A DNA stretch of 61,194 nt, the filler included. It is 7 parts of 7 records of this genome, joined end to end, with 100 filler letters (N's around TTAATTAATTAA, not from the genome) between each part and the next. Parts side by side here need not be neighbours in the genome. Positions count along the whole stretch, not along the records: positions 13,319 to 26,452 come from SRR7504441_672; positions 26,553 to 36,346 come from SRR7504441_677; 5 more parts are not named here. One strand, given 5' to 3'. Below are positions 22,716 through 34,269 of the stretch, one piece after another. The notes below the pieces were generated by a model. The model searched no databases. It had not been told where the DNA came from and saw only the letters and a list, made by a program, of their open reading frames with translations. How positions within the stretch are numbered: the stretch's first letter is position 1; each line of letters starts with the position of its first letter. The translations under genes were made by a program, and so were the position numbers.

Positions 22716-24687
22716 CTATTGCCCCTCGGCCGCAGGCTGCTGCTCCTTGGCTGCCGGCAGCTGCCCTCCAGCTCAGCCCCAGCCCATCAGCGCTGGCACC
22801 TCGTGATCCGGCAGCCCGCACTCCGCTACCACCTCCAGCCCCTGCCCCCGCTCCCGCCCGCCTACCCTATCCCCAGGCACCGTGAGCCGCTCGGTGAGCT
22901 CTTGCCCGTGCTCCGGCGTCACCCCCAGCTTGGCCTCCAGTGCGGCCACCCTCTTCTCCGCGGAGCCTCGCTCCCGATGGACTTTGCCTTCCAGTTGGAT
23001 CTCAAGGTCATTTATCCTCTTGTAGGTCTCCAAATGGCCCAAGTCCTTCTGCAGATCAGCCGCCTGTCCCAAGATCGCCAGGGCACAGCTGCTTGGCAAG
23101 ACCAGCTGGTAGTCGGCAGCGTTGACTGCCTGCACGATCTCGGACTGCAGATCGCAAATCTTTCGCTCCTCTGGCGTCAGCGCCTGCCCGCCTTCAGCTT
23201 TGGCTGAGCTTTGCATAGTGCATGACCTCTCTCTTGAGCTTCTCCTCGTCCATCTTCTTCTTCTGAGCCCCTGTCCGGCCCTCCTCCATGCAGTCCTCTA
23301 CAAACCTGCCGGCCAGTCACTCTGGCCCAGCCAGGGGGACCCACCTTCGGAACATGGCCCTCATCCGTTTCCAGAGCATCATGGCAGCGTAGTTGATCAC
23401 GTCAGCCCACGGACCCATGTCCTGAGAGAACGAACCGGTGAAGGCCGGGCTGCTGTCGTTCAGCTCGGTTGTGGTCATCTCGCGCAGCTGAGTCCCGGTC
23501 AGGGCATAATATTAAATAATATTTAATTGGTCGCCTTCACTTGAAGCGAGAGTCGCTTCTTGAGCTGGTCCCCCTGCCGGCCGGCTGAGCCGGGCCCAGC
23601 GGCGAGCGGCCTGTTTGACGAACACCCGAAGGTCGCAGTTGAGTCCGAGCTCCATCGCCACCTGAGACCGTGCTGAGACTCTGAGATCCAGCCCTCGCCA
23701 CCCTCTCGCGCCCGCGCTTTTTAATATACTTGACTATCCCGGAGAGCCCGGTGACGTTGATCACCGAGCAATGCACCTGCCCCGGATCGCCCGCTGGCCT
23801 GCTGGTCGGCTGCCTGCACGTTATCCGGGTTTGTGATTTTGCCGTCTGCAATCATCGCTGGAGTGAGCCTCACCATCCCCTCCTCGTCGTTCGGTACCAC
23901 CCTAGCCGGGGCTGGCCGGGCGGCCGGGCGGGCGGACCATTTCATCTTGTCCAGCTCGAGCAGCACGTAGTACATTACGAAGTAGTCCAGATTGGCCTCC
24001 TGCTCCTGCCGCCCAACTCTCACACCACAGCACTGAGCCTCTCAAAGCCTGCGAGAAAGTGTTTTCAAGTTTATGCCCGTCCGCCTGCCCCGACTGAGCC
24101 AGCCGGCCCCCGCCCGCCCGCCCGCCTTGGCTTTGAGCGCCGCCACTTCCTCCGCCGACAGCGGCTTGTGCTCCCCCGTGAGCACCTGCCAGCCCTCGCC
24201 CGCCACCCGGCCAGCTCCACCTCGGTGACGTTGGTGACGTCGTGCTCGATGTTGTTCTCGTCCTGCCCACGCTCCCGCCCGGCCCGCCCGGGCTCGCACC
24301 ACCCACTTGCCGTGACTCCCCAGCGACGGTGCGGCGGCCCTCTTATACACCTGTACCCGAGCTCGCCCGGCCGGAGGGTGGGAGGGTGCCCGGCCAGACT
24401 GAGTTCGGATCTCCCACTCGATCTCGCGCTGCAGCTCCTCCTTGTGCCCCGGGTTGTGCGCTGGCCCTCGATCAGCCGGGCCCGGCCGGCCAGTGCCGTG
24501 CTGGGCGAAGTGCTTACGGATCTTGTCCTCGGGCCACTCGCGGGCGTGGTCTGGGCACTGGCCGGGCTGGGGGGTGGCGGGCGGGGCGCACCTTGAGCCC
24601 GATGGACGACTCGGCCTCCAGCTGGCCGATCAGCTTGTCCATCTTGGACCGGCGGCGACGCTCGATCGGCGACGGGATCGCTGCCAT
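22716..24687 (-). CDS. Hypothetical intron-rich protein with C-terminal coiled coil
   Basis: MAAIPSPIERRRRSKMDKL start; many short exons separated by ~40-nt introns; inferred stop TAG at 22716-22718; no family recognised. Confidence 0.5.
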
Positions 24688-24915
24688 GTGCGCAATCCGT
24701 TGGGTCTCAGGTTAACTCTGATTTACCGCCTTTGGTAGCCCTTTGAACAAGCTTGATCAACTTGATGAAACAGTCGATCACTGTACAGCGCCAACTGCAT
24801 AAGCTATATAACCAAGAGATAGCACCTAGGTACCGGTACAAAGGTCACCGGACAACAATGTCATGTACAGCTTGTTATCACGTACGAGTAAATATTCATT
24901 GACACCGTGCTAGTT

Positions 24916-25828
24916 TCAATTGGAATAGGGACAAAAGTAGTAGGTCTGGCCGCCCGGTCCGCTCGAGTGCGGTACCGGCGGCCCCGGCTCGCAGCACCGG
25001 CCGCACCGGGCTGGTTGGCCCTTCCTATCATCACACTCGGCCCCTGGGTTGATGCAACCCCTCGGCTGCAGGCTCCGGAGCCGGAGGAGCGCCGACGCGA
25101 TGCTGTTGGTAGGCCCGGCCACCGGCACCTTGGGCGTGTTGTACCGGGCGAGCACAAGATTCACTCTGTCGTCGTCGAGTGTCGTGTTCTGGGCCGCTGC
25201 CATCGCCGCGAATGAATGAACCGCGTCCCCAATCACGTCCTCTGTCGGCCAAGAGCTGTTTGTGACTATGAACGGCAGCAGCAGGAAGGCGCTCTTGCGG
25301 GCAGCCAGCACGGTGCCGATGAACTGACCCTCATCCCGCTTGCCGAAGTCGTTCGGGTTGAACTCCATCGCCACCCCGTGGAGCTGCGGATGGTCCAGCA
25401 CCCGCTCCACACCGGCCCGCCACTCGCTCCCCGGCCAGAACGCCCGGGTCAGGATCACCACCGCCCGGCGCATCGCACTCGGCGGCGGCCTGGCTGATCT
25501 CGGTTCGGTTGAGCATCGTCCTTGGCACTCCGCCCGTCTCGTGGTACTGGAACGTGGCGGTCAGACGCCCCGCCTCTCGCCGGACCGCCTTGCAGTCGCG
25601 CACCGCCCCCGGGTTGTCCTCCGAGAGGAGGCTACCGTTGGTGGGGATCGCCCGGGCCCACTGGCTCGGCAGCACCCCGGGCGAGTTGTCCTGAATCAGC
25701 CAAGTGCCGTCGGCGATGAGACCGAGATCGAGCTCGGCCGAGTCGAACGTGTTGAGGTCGAGCAGGATCCGGAAGCCCAGCAGCCCCGGCGCCAGCGCCA
25801 GCACACCCAGCACCCAACGCCCCAACAT
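24916..25828 (-). CDS. Secreted protein with Cys-rich C-terminal mini-domain; frameshift near 25465 (assembly error or pseudogene)
   Basis: Signal peptide MLGRWVLGVLALAPGLLG. The coding-like frame switches from ORF 25331-25828 to ORF 24916-25473 at gat gcg ccg g|gcg gtg gtg atc, and no suitable intron was found there. Confidence 0.55.
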
Positions 25829-26430
25829 GGCAGTCGGACGAGATCACAACGGAACCGAACCCCATGTCAATGACTTCGACTCTTATGTCATACTCGTACA
25901 GTCCGTCTGATTTGGCACCTCATGAAATTGAACAATACCAGTAGTGCTCACCTCGTAGCACCTCATAGCAATACTGACGCTAAGCCGGACGAAGGGATCA
26001 TAAAAGTCGAGCCGAGAGCTGATTCGAGTTGCACGAGTTTATTCAAATCTCAGGTTCACCGATAAGCATATTAAACTGAATCACTGAATAATCAGCTACA
26101 GTAGCTCGGTGCTTTCCTCGCCCGGCACTCGGTCGCCGGCTTGTACTCGAGCAACCACTCGGCCACTCAATCATTGCGCGAGTGACCGAGCGGCAGCCCA
26201 GACACAAGCCAGCCAACAACACCCAGAGCCTGTTGGCTCTACATGTTCTTGAACAAGCCACTCTGAGCCACCCAAGGGTGGATCTTCACGAAGCTCTGGG
26301 TAACCTGCCCAAACTGAGCTGAGCCAACCGGCACCAGCCGCCTGCTCGTCGATCCCTTCGACGAATCCGTTGCCGTCGCTCATGGTCGCGTTCACAATCC
26401 CACAGATCACCTCCCTACCCCCCGCTCCCC

Positions 26431-26452
26431 AGATCGGAAGAGCGTCGTGTAG
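26431..26452 (+). other. Illumina TruSeq adapter remnant AGATCGGAAGAGCGTCGTGTAG
   Basis: Exact adapter sequence at a contig end. Confidence 0.97.
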
Positions 26453-26552
26453 NNNNNNNNNNNNNNNNNNNNNNNNNNNNNNNNNNNNNNNNNNNNTTAA
26501 TTAATTAANNNNNNNNNNNNNNNNNNNNNNNNNNNNNNNNNNNNNNNNNNNN

Positions 26553-28396
26553 CTCCCTCCCCTGCAAGGGCTGACCACCAAACCCTCTGGCAGGCTTGCC
26601 TGGTACGCCAGCCGCTCCCTCAAGTCTTCTAGCTGGTGGCTGGCGAGCTCTGCCTGCACCGACGCCGCGCTCTCGTGCATCGTTTCCAGCCCGGCGAGCC
26701 GCTCCTCGAGCACTGCCAGCCCGTGCTGCGCCGACCCCAGCGCGCTTGTGCTCCAGTCGCGCTCGCCTGTGACCGCCTGCCCCGGGTTGCCGGCCAAGCG
26801 GGCAGCCGCGTTACTTGAAGAGCTCTGTCGAGCTGCTGGTTAGCGCGGGAGAGCTGGGCGGCCTCGGCCTGCGCTTCGGTGAGATCGGCCAAGTGCTCTT
26901 CCAGTCGGGTGTGTAGCTCATCCTGCGCGGCTTGCATCTGCACTCTGTGTCCAAGGCTCAACCGAGCCCAGCCCAGCCAAGCACCGGCATCGGTCGACCC
27001 AACAATTGGCCCGCCAGCCGGCCACCCGCCCTCTCTGGTCGGCCCATACCCGCCTGAGCACTAATCGGGCCAGGAGCGCCCGCCCGACTGCGATAGGCTC
27101 AAGGCGCGCATAACCAGGCCCGCACCCTGCTTGTCAGCCTGCAGCCGGCTGGTGTGGCTATCCAGCTGCTGCCCCGCCAGCCATTCTGATAGCATCCCGG
27201 CCTGCCAGCCGCGCACGGCCGCCCCGGCTCGCATCCCGTCCCTCCAGTACTGGCATAGTCGGGCCACCAGCACAAACCCGAGCCCAACCCTGTCACCTGC
27301 CCACCCGTCACGCCCGCCAGGCCAGCCACGCACAGCCGGCCTGCTCCCGCTGCTGCTCCAGCTCCAGCTCCAGCCGCTCCGCCGCCGCCCGGTGCTCCCC
27401 AGCCGCACGCTCAGCCGCGGCACCCGCCGCTTGTTCCGCCTCGGCCAGCCGCCACTCCGCCTCCTGCAATTCGGCCTCGTGACGCTCGGCCGCCCAGGCC
27501 GCCGCCTCGGCCGCTGCCGCCTCAACCTGCTCCAACTGCCGCTCGAGCTGACCCAGCGCTGCCCGGTGCGCGCGGGCCTCAGAGTCTGCGTTGCTTGCCG
27601 CCTGAGCAGCCAACTCCTCGAGCGCCACTCTGTGCTGCTCAGCCACCCGGCGAGTGTGGGCTCCGAGCCGGTTCCGGGCCCAGCGCCAGACAGCCCGCTG
27701 GACGGTCATGAACCAGAGCTGGCAGCTCCGGGTGAGAGATATGGCGTAGAACACGCCCGGCATCAGCAGCGCCTTGGGCGGTCGGCTCTGGTCCGACAGC
27801 TGGTTGGCAGCCGCGTTCATAACGGCCGCGTGGATCGCCGCCCGGGTCTCCGGGTGCGTCTTATCTGCCCTACCGGACGACTTGGGGCTGGGCGCAACCT
27901 GTCGCACTGGCTCTGGGGTGCTCACCGGCCGGGCCGGCGGCTGAGTGCTCACTGGCCGGGCCGGCGGCTGGGACTTTGCCAGCTCAGGCAGCTGACCGCG
28001 CTTGTGCCGCTCGCGCATCAGCCGTTTGCGCGCCTCGGCCGCCTTCTTGGCCGCGGACGACTCGGCAGACGACTTTGGCTCGCTGCGCGGGGTCTGGCTG
28101 CGGGGCGTCTCTACCCTTCCGAGCTGTATGGCCACGCTGCGGTCCGGGGTGCGGGCCGGCGGCGGGAGCTTGGCGTTGATCTTGCTCACCATCTGCCGGA
28201 ATTCGTGGGGGCCCATCACCGAGCGGAGCGAGCCCATCCAACGGCTGAAGCCCGGCTTGTCCACTGGGTCTTCGCTCGGGGGCGGCAGGGCCAGCCGGCC
28301 GAGCTGGAAGGCGGCCGACAGCTCCGACCGGTCCAGGCTGCCGCTCCGGTCGGTGTCCAGCCTCTCGAAAAGGCTCCCCAGCTCGCCAGGCTCCAT
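26553..28396 (-). CDS. EF-hand plus coiled-coil protein (3' truncated at linker)
   Basis: MEPGELGSLFERLDTDRSGSLDRSEL is a canonical EF-hand loop; P/S-rich linker, then E/A/Q-rich coiled-coil exons. Confidence 0.7.
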
Positions 28397-28469
28397 GCTC
28401 CGGCACGCCTCCAGAGGAGCTGCAGGGGAGCCTCGACGAGCAACGGACAAACACACCGGCGCGAGGATC

Positions 28470-30511
28470 ATGAGCAGCGAGGAGGCTGCGGCCGCAGAGC
28501 CGGAGGCGCCCGAGTCGGAGGAAGCGGCGGTGGAGCTCCCGACGTTCGAGCTGCCGATCCTGAGCACAATCAAGGCGGCCCAGCGGGCCAACGGGCTGCT
28601 CCACTCCGAGTACGAGCGCTACAGGTACCCGCCGCCGCCCCGCCCCGCCAACCGGCCGACAGGCACTACTGCACGCGCAAGGTGCAGCGGGTGCGCCGGT
28701 CGATCCGGTTCACGCACGGCCGCGGCCGCTTCCAGAAGAAGGAGATCACCCCCGAGGTGGTCAAGGACGAAAAGTGCGCCCCCGGGGGGTTCGACCGGCG
28801 AGCGGGCGGGCAGGTTCCTCTTGCTGCCTCTGTTCTACGCTGAGAGGGCCTGGGCCTACGCCCAGCAGTGCAAGCAGCAGATCTCCAACAGGATCGAGCG
28901 CGGACAGCCCGCCCAGCGCCGGCACTCGCTCACTCGGCTGCAGAAGGTTGGGCCTCCTCACTCGGTTGGCGAGCGAGCCACCGGCAGGCCTGGAAGTGGT
29001 CCGAGCAGCTCAAGGCGCTGTGCGAACAACGGGGCACCGGCACCACCGCCCTCGAGGCGCCCCGCCGATTGGGCGGCCGCCGAGCTCCTTGGCAGGCGGC
29101 TGCGTATGCCTCCTGGATGCAAGGAAACCTGCTGCTCGAGTGGTCCGCTCCCGGCCCGGCCAGCGGCCGAGCCAGGCGGGGCAGCGACAAGTGGCGCGAG
29201 GCCCAGGAGGCCTTTGTGCGGGCCCAGGGCATCTACGCTGAGCTGGCCAAGGTGAGCGGCGCGCGCGACAAGGAATTGTTTGACCGCCAGCTGGACGAGA
29301 TCGCGCCGGTCGTCCGGTTCTGTGAGCACGAGATCAAACTGCGGGCCGGGTCGGACACCACGGACGACGCGGCCGAGATCTTGGCCATGCAGAAGCTCGA
29401 GGGCATCGATGAGAACCTGCGGAAGCGGCTGGACTCTGTTGCGATGGCAGCCAACCTCAAGCAGGCCGAGGGCATCGACGCAGTCGAATTCGACGGGTCG
29501 GCCATCCCGATATCGAGCGAGCAGATCCGCGTGGCGCTGCTGGCGGTGCAGGAGGCTGCTCAGGAGTTGGGCGAGCTCGAGGAGTACGAGCTGATCATGG
29601 AAGGGTACGACAAGCTGCTCGGCGCGTACAATGAGATGTCCCACAAGATTCAGGCGGCCGGCCGGGGCTGGCCCGACTGAGCCGGCGCTGCAGGCCGAGA
29701 TCCGGGCGCTGGCCCCCAAGCAAGCCAAGGCCGAGGCTCAGATTGCTGACCTCCGCCAACTTGATAAGTACGTGAGTGCCAAGAAGCTGGAGCGGATCAT
29801 CGAGCGGAACGAGGCGATGGCGGCCAAGCTTAAGCAGGGGCTGGCCACCCGGGAGACCCGGCCGGACGATCTTGTGAGAGTCTACCACATGCTCGCTCAG
29901 AACGCCGAGGAGCTGGCTGGGCTGCACGACAAGGGCGCAAAGCTGCTAGAGGCGCGCGGCACAGAGTTCAGGGCCCACCGATGCGCCCACCTGGCCGGTA
30001 CCCGCCCCCGCGCCCTGCCCGGCCGAGCAGTGCGACAGGCAAGTGCCGAGTGGACCAGAAATTCCCTGAGGCGGTCGCGATGTATGACCGAGCGGATGGG
30101 CTGAGCCGGATGGCTATGGCGATGCTCCGAGAGTGCGAGGCCGACACCACCGAGCCGTGCCGCTCGCTCGAGGAGCTCCAGCACTGGATCAGAGGCGTCA
30201 AGTGCGCGGTGCAAGCCGAGGCGTTCCTGCAAGAGCACGGCGACCAGCCGGAGCGGAGCGCCGAGCAGGAGGCGCTCAAAGATGAGCCGCTGATGGACCG
30301 GCTGGACAAGTGGGTCACATTCGCGCCCGGGGACACGATCAAGATCCACGACTTCCCGCCCAAAGTGCGCCCGATCCCGTGCAAGCCTGTGATGTACGAC
30401 TTGGCGCTCAACTATATCAAGTTCCCGGACCTCAGCCACAGGCTGCCGGCCGAGAAGAGCCAGGGCATGCTCGGACGGGCCAAGAACCTGCTCGGTGGGC
30501 TCTGGGGATGA
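28470..30511 (+). CDS. SRP68: Signal recognition particle subunit SRP68, 7 introns
   Basis: Spliced: AQRANGLLHSEYERYRHYCTRKVQRVRR, AERAWAYA, TALEAAAYA, IAPVVRFC, FPPKVRPIPCKPVMYDLALNYIKFP, GGLWG. Introns at 28625-62, 28774-813, 28947-87, 29057-95 (GC), 29143-84, 29654-93 (GC), 29998-30038. Confidence 0.93.
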
Positions 30512-30947
30512 CCTCCGCCGCCGACCCCGGTGGTTTCGGACATTGAACGAGTCTCCCACTAGTGCGCTTGCACTGCTTGCAGTACCAACATTAATATTTC
30601 TGCGAGCTCCGATTGCAATTGTGTCCGATTGCATTCATGTTAGCATTTAGTTGGCATTCAAGCTTGTGTAAACTGTTCTATATGTTGTAATCGCGTATAG
30701 TCATTCAAACAGTATCACCTTTGAATCCGAAGCGAGCGGGACTAAGGATTAGAGCTGGACTAAGAGCATGTAAGAGCCGTCCGGACGGAGGCAAGGTCGA
30801 CATGAACGACAGTCAACGCCTGCGCAGGCTGTCTCAAGGAAATCAATAAAAAAATAAATCCCCAGGACACTTGAACAGACGGCTTGCACGCGCCATCGCC
30901 GGTGCCAGCGCGGCTTGCAGTGGCGGTTGATTGGCGGGGCGCAGGCC

Positions 30948-32729
30948 ATGACGGACTACCCGAGGATCCCGGCGCATCTCAATGTGTGCATGGAGAGCGA
31001 GGGCGAGCTCGGCGCCGTCTGCCCTTGGAAGGCCGGGCTGATGGGCAAGAGCCCGGCCGAGGGTGGCTGCCCGCACTTGCGGGAGGATCGGAGCGAGGAA
31101 CGCCGGCTGGGCAACAGCGTGGTCAAGCAGTCGATCCTGGACTGCGTCGGCAACACCCCGATGGTCCGGTGCGACCGGATCGCCGAGAAGGACGGGGTCA
31201 AGTGTAACTTGATGGCGAAGTGCGAGTTCATGAACCCCGGCGGGGCGGTCAAGGACCGTATCGGCCGGCGGATGCTGCTGGACGCCGAGCGGCGGGGCGA
31301 GTGGGACGGGCAGCCCTTCCACCCGGGGCACGTGATCATCGAGCCCACCTCCGGCAACACAGGGATCGGGCTGAGTATGAGCGCCGCGGTCCGCAAGTAC
31401 GATATGGTGATCACCATGCCGGAGAAGATGTCGCAGGAGAAGCAGGACGCGCTCAAGGGGCTCGGGGCCACCATCGTGCGCACCCCGACCGAGTATGCCT
31501 GGGACCACGAGGGCAGCCACATCAGTGAGGCCTACAAGCTCAGGGCGAGGCTCAACAAGAAGTACGCAGACGAGGGCACCCTGACCAAGGACGGGCACCC
31601 GATGAAGGCGCATGTGCTGGACCAGTACCGCAACCCGGGCAACGGAATGGCTCACTATGAGGAGACTGGCCAGGAGATCTTTGACCAGACCGGGGGCAAG
31701 ATCGACGTCCTCATAGCAGGCGCCGGAACTGGCGGCACCGTCACCGGGATTGCCCGGCGACTTAAGGAGCTCAAGCCGGAGGTCAAGATCGTGGCGGTGG
31801 ACCCGGATGGTTCGATCCTTGCCAAGGACAACTTTGCTGGCGAAGAGATTAACAAGAACAACCCGTCGGGGCCGTGGGGGCAGCAGACCGAGGGGATTGG
31901 GTACGACTTCATCCCGCGCGTGCTCGACAGGAACGTGGTGGACGAGTGGATGAAGGGCCCCGACAAAGAGAGCTTCGTTATGGCCCGCCGGCTGCTCAGA
32001 GAGGAAGGGTTTATGTGCGGCGGCTCATCCGGGACAGCGATGGACGCAGCAGTCAAGTACTGTCTGAAGAACGAGCTGGGCGAGGACCAGACGGTGGTGG
32101 TGCTGCTGCCGGACAACATCCGCAACTACATGACCAAGCACCTGAACGCGGACTGGATGTACGAGCGGGGGTATATGACTGAGAAGGAGTGTGCAGTGGC
32201 GTTCGCGCCTCAGCACATTGAGAACATGGACTGGGGGCAAGACATGACCGTGGCCGATCTCGACATGCACCCGGCCCAGTTCCTGCGCACTGACGAGACC
32301 TGCGAGAACGCGATCAATCTGATGCGGCAGATGGGTTTCGATCAGTTTCCTGTCAAAGATGAGTCCGGCAAGATCTATGGAGTGCTCACAGCCACAAATC
32401 TACTCACACGACTGGGCAAGCAACAGCTGGATCTGAAAGATCCGATCAAGCGCGCAGTGGTGCGCGACCTGCGCAAGGTGTCCAAGAGCGTTCCTCTGAA
32501 TGAGCTCGTGCGGATCCTTGGGCGCAACTCATTTGTGCTGATCGAGGAGAAATACTTTATCACTTTCACCGACGTTTTCGACAAGATGTACCCCAAGCCG
32601 CAGTGGATGGTCACCCAGGCCGAGTTCGAGAGGGGCCAGGCGGAGGCCAACCGCAACATGGTGGTGGCTGCCTCAATCACAGCCGCGGTCGCCTTTGTGG
32701 CCGGGGCAATCATGCGGAAATTTTGGTGA
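30948..32729 (+). CDS. CBS: Cystathionine beta-synthase (heme-type N-terminus, PLP core, CBS domains, hydrophobic tail); intronless
   Basis: VGNTPMV, AKCEFMNPGGAVKDRIG, IEPTSGNTGIG, GAGTGGT, EGIGYDFIP, GGSSGT, LLPDNIRNYMTK, FDQFPV; CPW..PH putative heme ligands. Confidence 0.95.
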   Translation: MTDYPRIPAHLNVCMESEGELGAVCPWKAGLMGKSPAEGGCPHLREDRSEERRLGNSVVKQSILDCVGNTPMVRCDRIAEKDGVKCNLMAKCEFMNPGGAVKDRIGRRMLLDAERRGEWDGQPFHPGHVIIEPTSGNTGIGLSMSAAVRKYDMVITMPEKMSQEKQDALKGLGATIVRTPTEYAWDHEGSHISEAYKLRARLNKKYADEGTLTKDGHPMKAHVLDQYRNPGNGMAHYEETGQEIFDQTGGKIDVLIAGAGTGGTVTGIARRLKELKPEVKIVAVDPDGSILAKDNFAGEEINKNNPSGPWGQQTEGIGYDFIPRVLDRNVVDEWMKGPDKESFVMARRLLREEGFMCGGSSGTAMDAAVKYCLKNELGEDQTVVVLLPDNIRNYMTKHLNADWMYERGYMTEKECAVAFAPQHIENMDWGQDMTVADLDMHPAQFLRTDETCENAINLMRQMGFDQFPVKDESGKIYGVLTATNLLTRLGKQQLDLKDPIKRAVVRDLRKVSKSVPLNELVRILGRNSFVLIEEKYFITFTDVFDKMYPKPQWMVTQAEFERGQAEANRNMVVAASITAAVAFVAGAIMRKFW

Positions 32730-32951
32730 GCTTGGTACTTTGAGCTCCTTCAGTCATGTCAGGATCTTGTCGTTCCTATAGCGCCAGAAATCTCAGCACT
32801 AAGTACCATTGATCGTTTGATCGAGTCTTTCAGATTTAGGCAGTTGCTCGCCCAATCGCCAACTTACGTGTACAAGTAATCTAGATTACATGTTGTCTAT
32901 GAGTGATAAAATGATGCTCACACAGGTGATATAGCTATGATATAGCGCTAA

Positions 32952-33983
32952 CTACCAGATCTCTAACTTATCGTCTTGTGCTAACCCGAAGCTCTTTTTA
33001 TGCCGGGCGAACAGCTTTTGCAGCGCGGTCACATACTTTTGGTGGCCAGCCGCCACCTGCTCCTCCGTCGGGTGCGCGTTCTGCTCCAGCCGAATAGCCC
33101 GCCCGATCACTGTATGCAGCTTTGCCTCTCGCAGCGGGAATAGCCCGCAGAAGCCAAAGAAGAGGACAGTGGGAATGCCATAGCGATTGAGCCAGTGCCT
33201 AGTTGCCCAGCCGCCGCTTAGCGTATGGTAGCTTTCCACTTCGCCGAAAGTGTAAACAGGGTGCACACTGTACCCGTGTTGGATCGCGTACTTGATGAAT
33301 CCACACCGATTCTTCAGAAACACACGTTGCTTGCCCCACTGGCACAGCGAGGCCTCTTCGAAGCCGCCAGGGAGCAGCGCCAGCATCTCGCCGCGCTGCA
33401 TGTACCCGATGAACTCGCGCTTGGAGGCCTGTCCGAAGTTGCCCAGCCAGCGAAGCAGTAGCCCGAACAGGGGCATCTGGTAAAGCCCAGCCGCCACCAA
33501 GAACCGGATCGGTAGATCGGCCAGAGCTTCGCTGTGGACTCCGTTGAAGGAGAAGCCGCCGCACAGCACGCCGTGCGGGTGGAAGGAGAGCAGGGCCTTG
33601 CCCCGCGGCCTGGCGCCCTCCTCGATGTGCAGCTCGCACTCTCGGTACCAGCCGTACGGCCCGAGCTGCTTGATGAATCGGCCGAACGACGGCCAGGACC
33701 CGGCAAGCAGGTACTGGTAGGCCAGCAGCGCCACTAAACCGGTACTCAGCAGCGGCCAGCCCTGGTAGACGGCCCAGGGCAGCAGCGGGAGCAGCCCGAG
33801 CCCGCCCAGCCAGGGAGGGACCAGCATCAGATGGGCCAGCCAGCCGCCCAGCCGGGTGCCCTTGAGACCCTTCAGGCCGGTCCGACGGGCAAGATCCAGC
33901 GCCTGGACTAGCTCCCGGTGGGTCACGCCCACCCGCACCAGAAGAACCAGGCCCACACACGCCAGGCACGCTGCCGGTAACAT
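32952..33983 (-). CDS. Diacylglycerol/monoacylglycerol acyltransferase, DGAT2 family; apparently intronless
   Basis: FHPHG, LLPGGFEEA, GFIKYA..G..VHPVYTFGE, TVIGRAI; N-terminal TM segments. Confidence 0.9.
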   Translation of the reverse strand: MLPAACLACVGLVLLVRVGVTHRELVQALDLARRTGLKGLKGTRLGGWLAHLMLVPPWLGGLGLLPLLPWAVYQGWPLLSTGLVALLAYQYLLAGSWPSFGRFIKQLGPYGWYRECELHIEEGARPRGKALLSFHPHGVLCGGFSFNGVHSEALADLPIRFLVAAGLYQMPLFGLLLRWLGNFGQASKREFIGYMQRGEMLALLPGGFEEASLCQWGKQRVFLKNRCGFIKYAIQHGYSVHPVYTFGEVESYHTLSGGWATRHWLNRYGIPTVLFFGFCGLFPLREAKLHTVIGRAIRLEQNAHPTEEQVAAGHQKYVTALQKLFARHKKSFGLAQDDKLEIW

Positions 33984-34269
33984 CGCTGTGTCGCACTCGT
34001 TCGCTGAGATCCACAGTCTCAGAGAGTTTTCAACCGCACGGCCCCAAAAGCTCGTTGGCCTGCAACGCCTCATAGTTGTACATGTACCAGTACGTTGAAG
34101 GTCGACCGTTACCGGGTGCCGACGGTAGTGTATGTGAAGATAGTCTGATATATAATGCTCGCTCACCTGACATTTTGTTTAATATTAATTAAAAACCTCT
34201 AGCATTAATTTTATAAGCTCGTTTGCAGCATGATAATTGTGTCTATGGACTCGGGCTGCAACAATGCAT

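Noticed and set aside
26431-26452. Terminal sequences at 1-13 and 26431-26452 as element ends
   Set aside because: They are Illumina adapter sequences.
27131-28843. Long antisense or overlapping ORFs (e.g. 570 aa at 27131, 463 aa at 14304, 5' extension of 3687-5675)
   Set aside because: Shadow ORFs of GC-rich coding sequence, rich in R/P/G/A and without recognisable motifs.
6039-30511. Stop-codon reassignment or programmed frameshifting to explain broken ORFs
   Set aside because: Breaks in TGT and SRP68 are all resolved by short GT/GC-AG introns that restore motifs; TAA, TAG and TGA are each used as true stops in the window.
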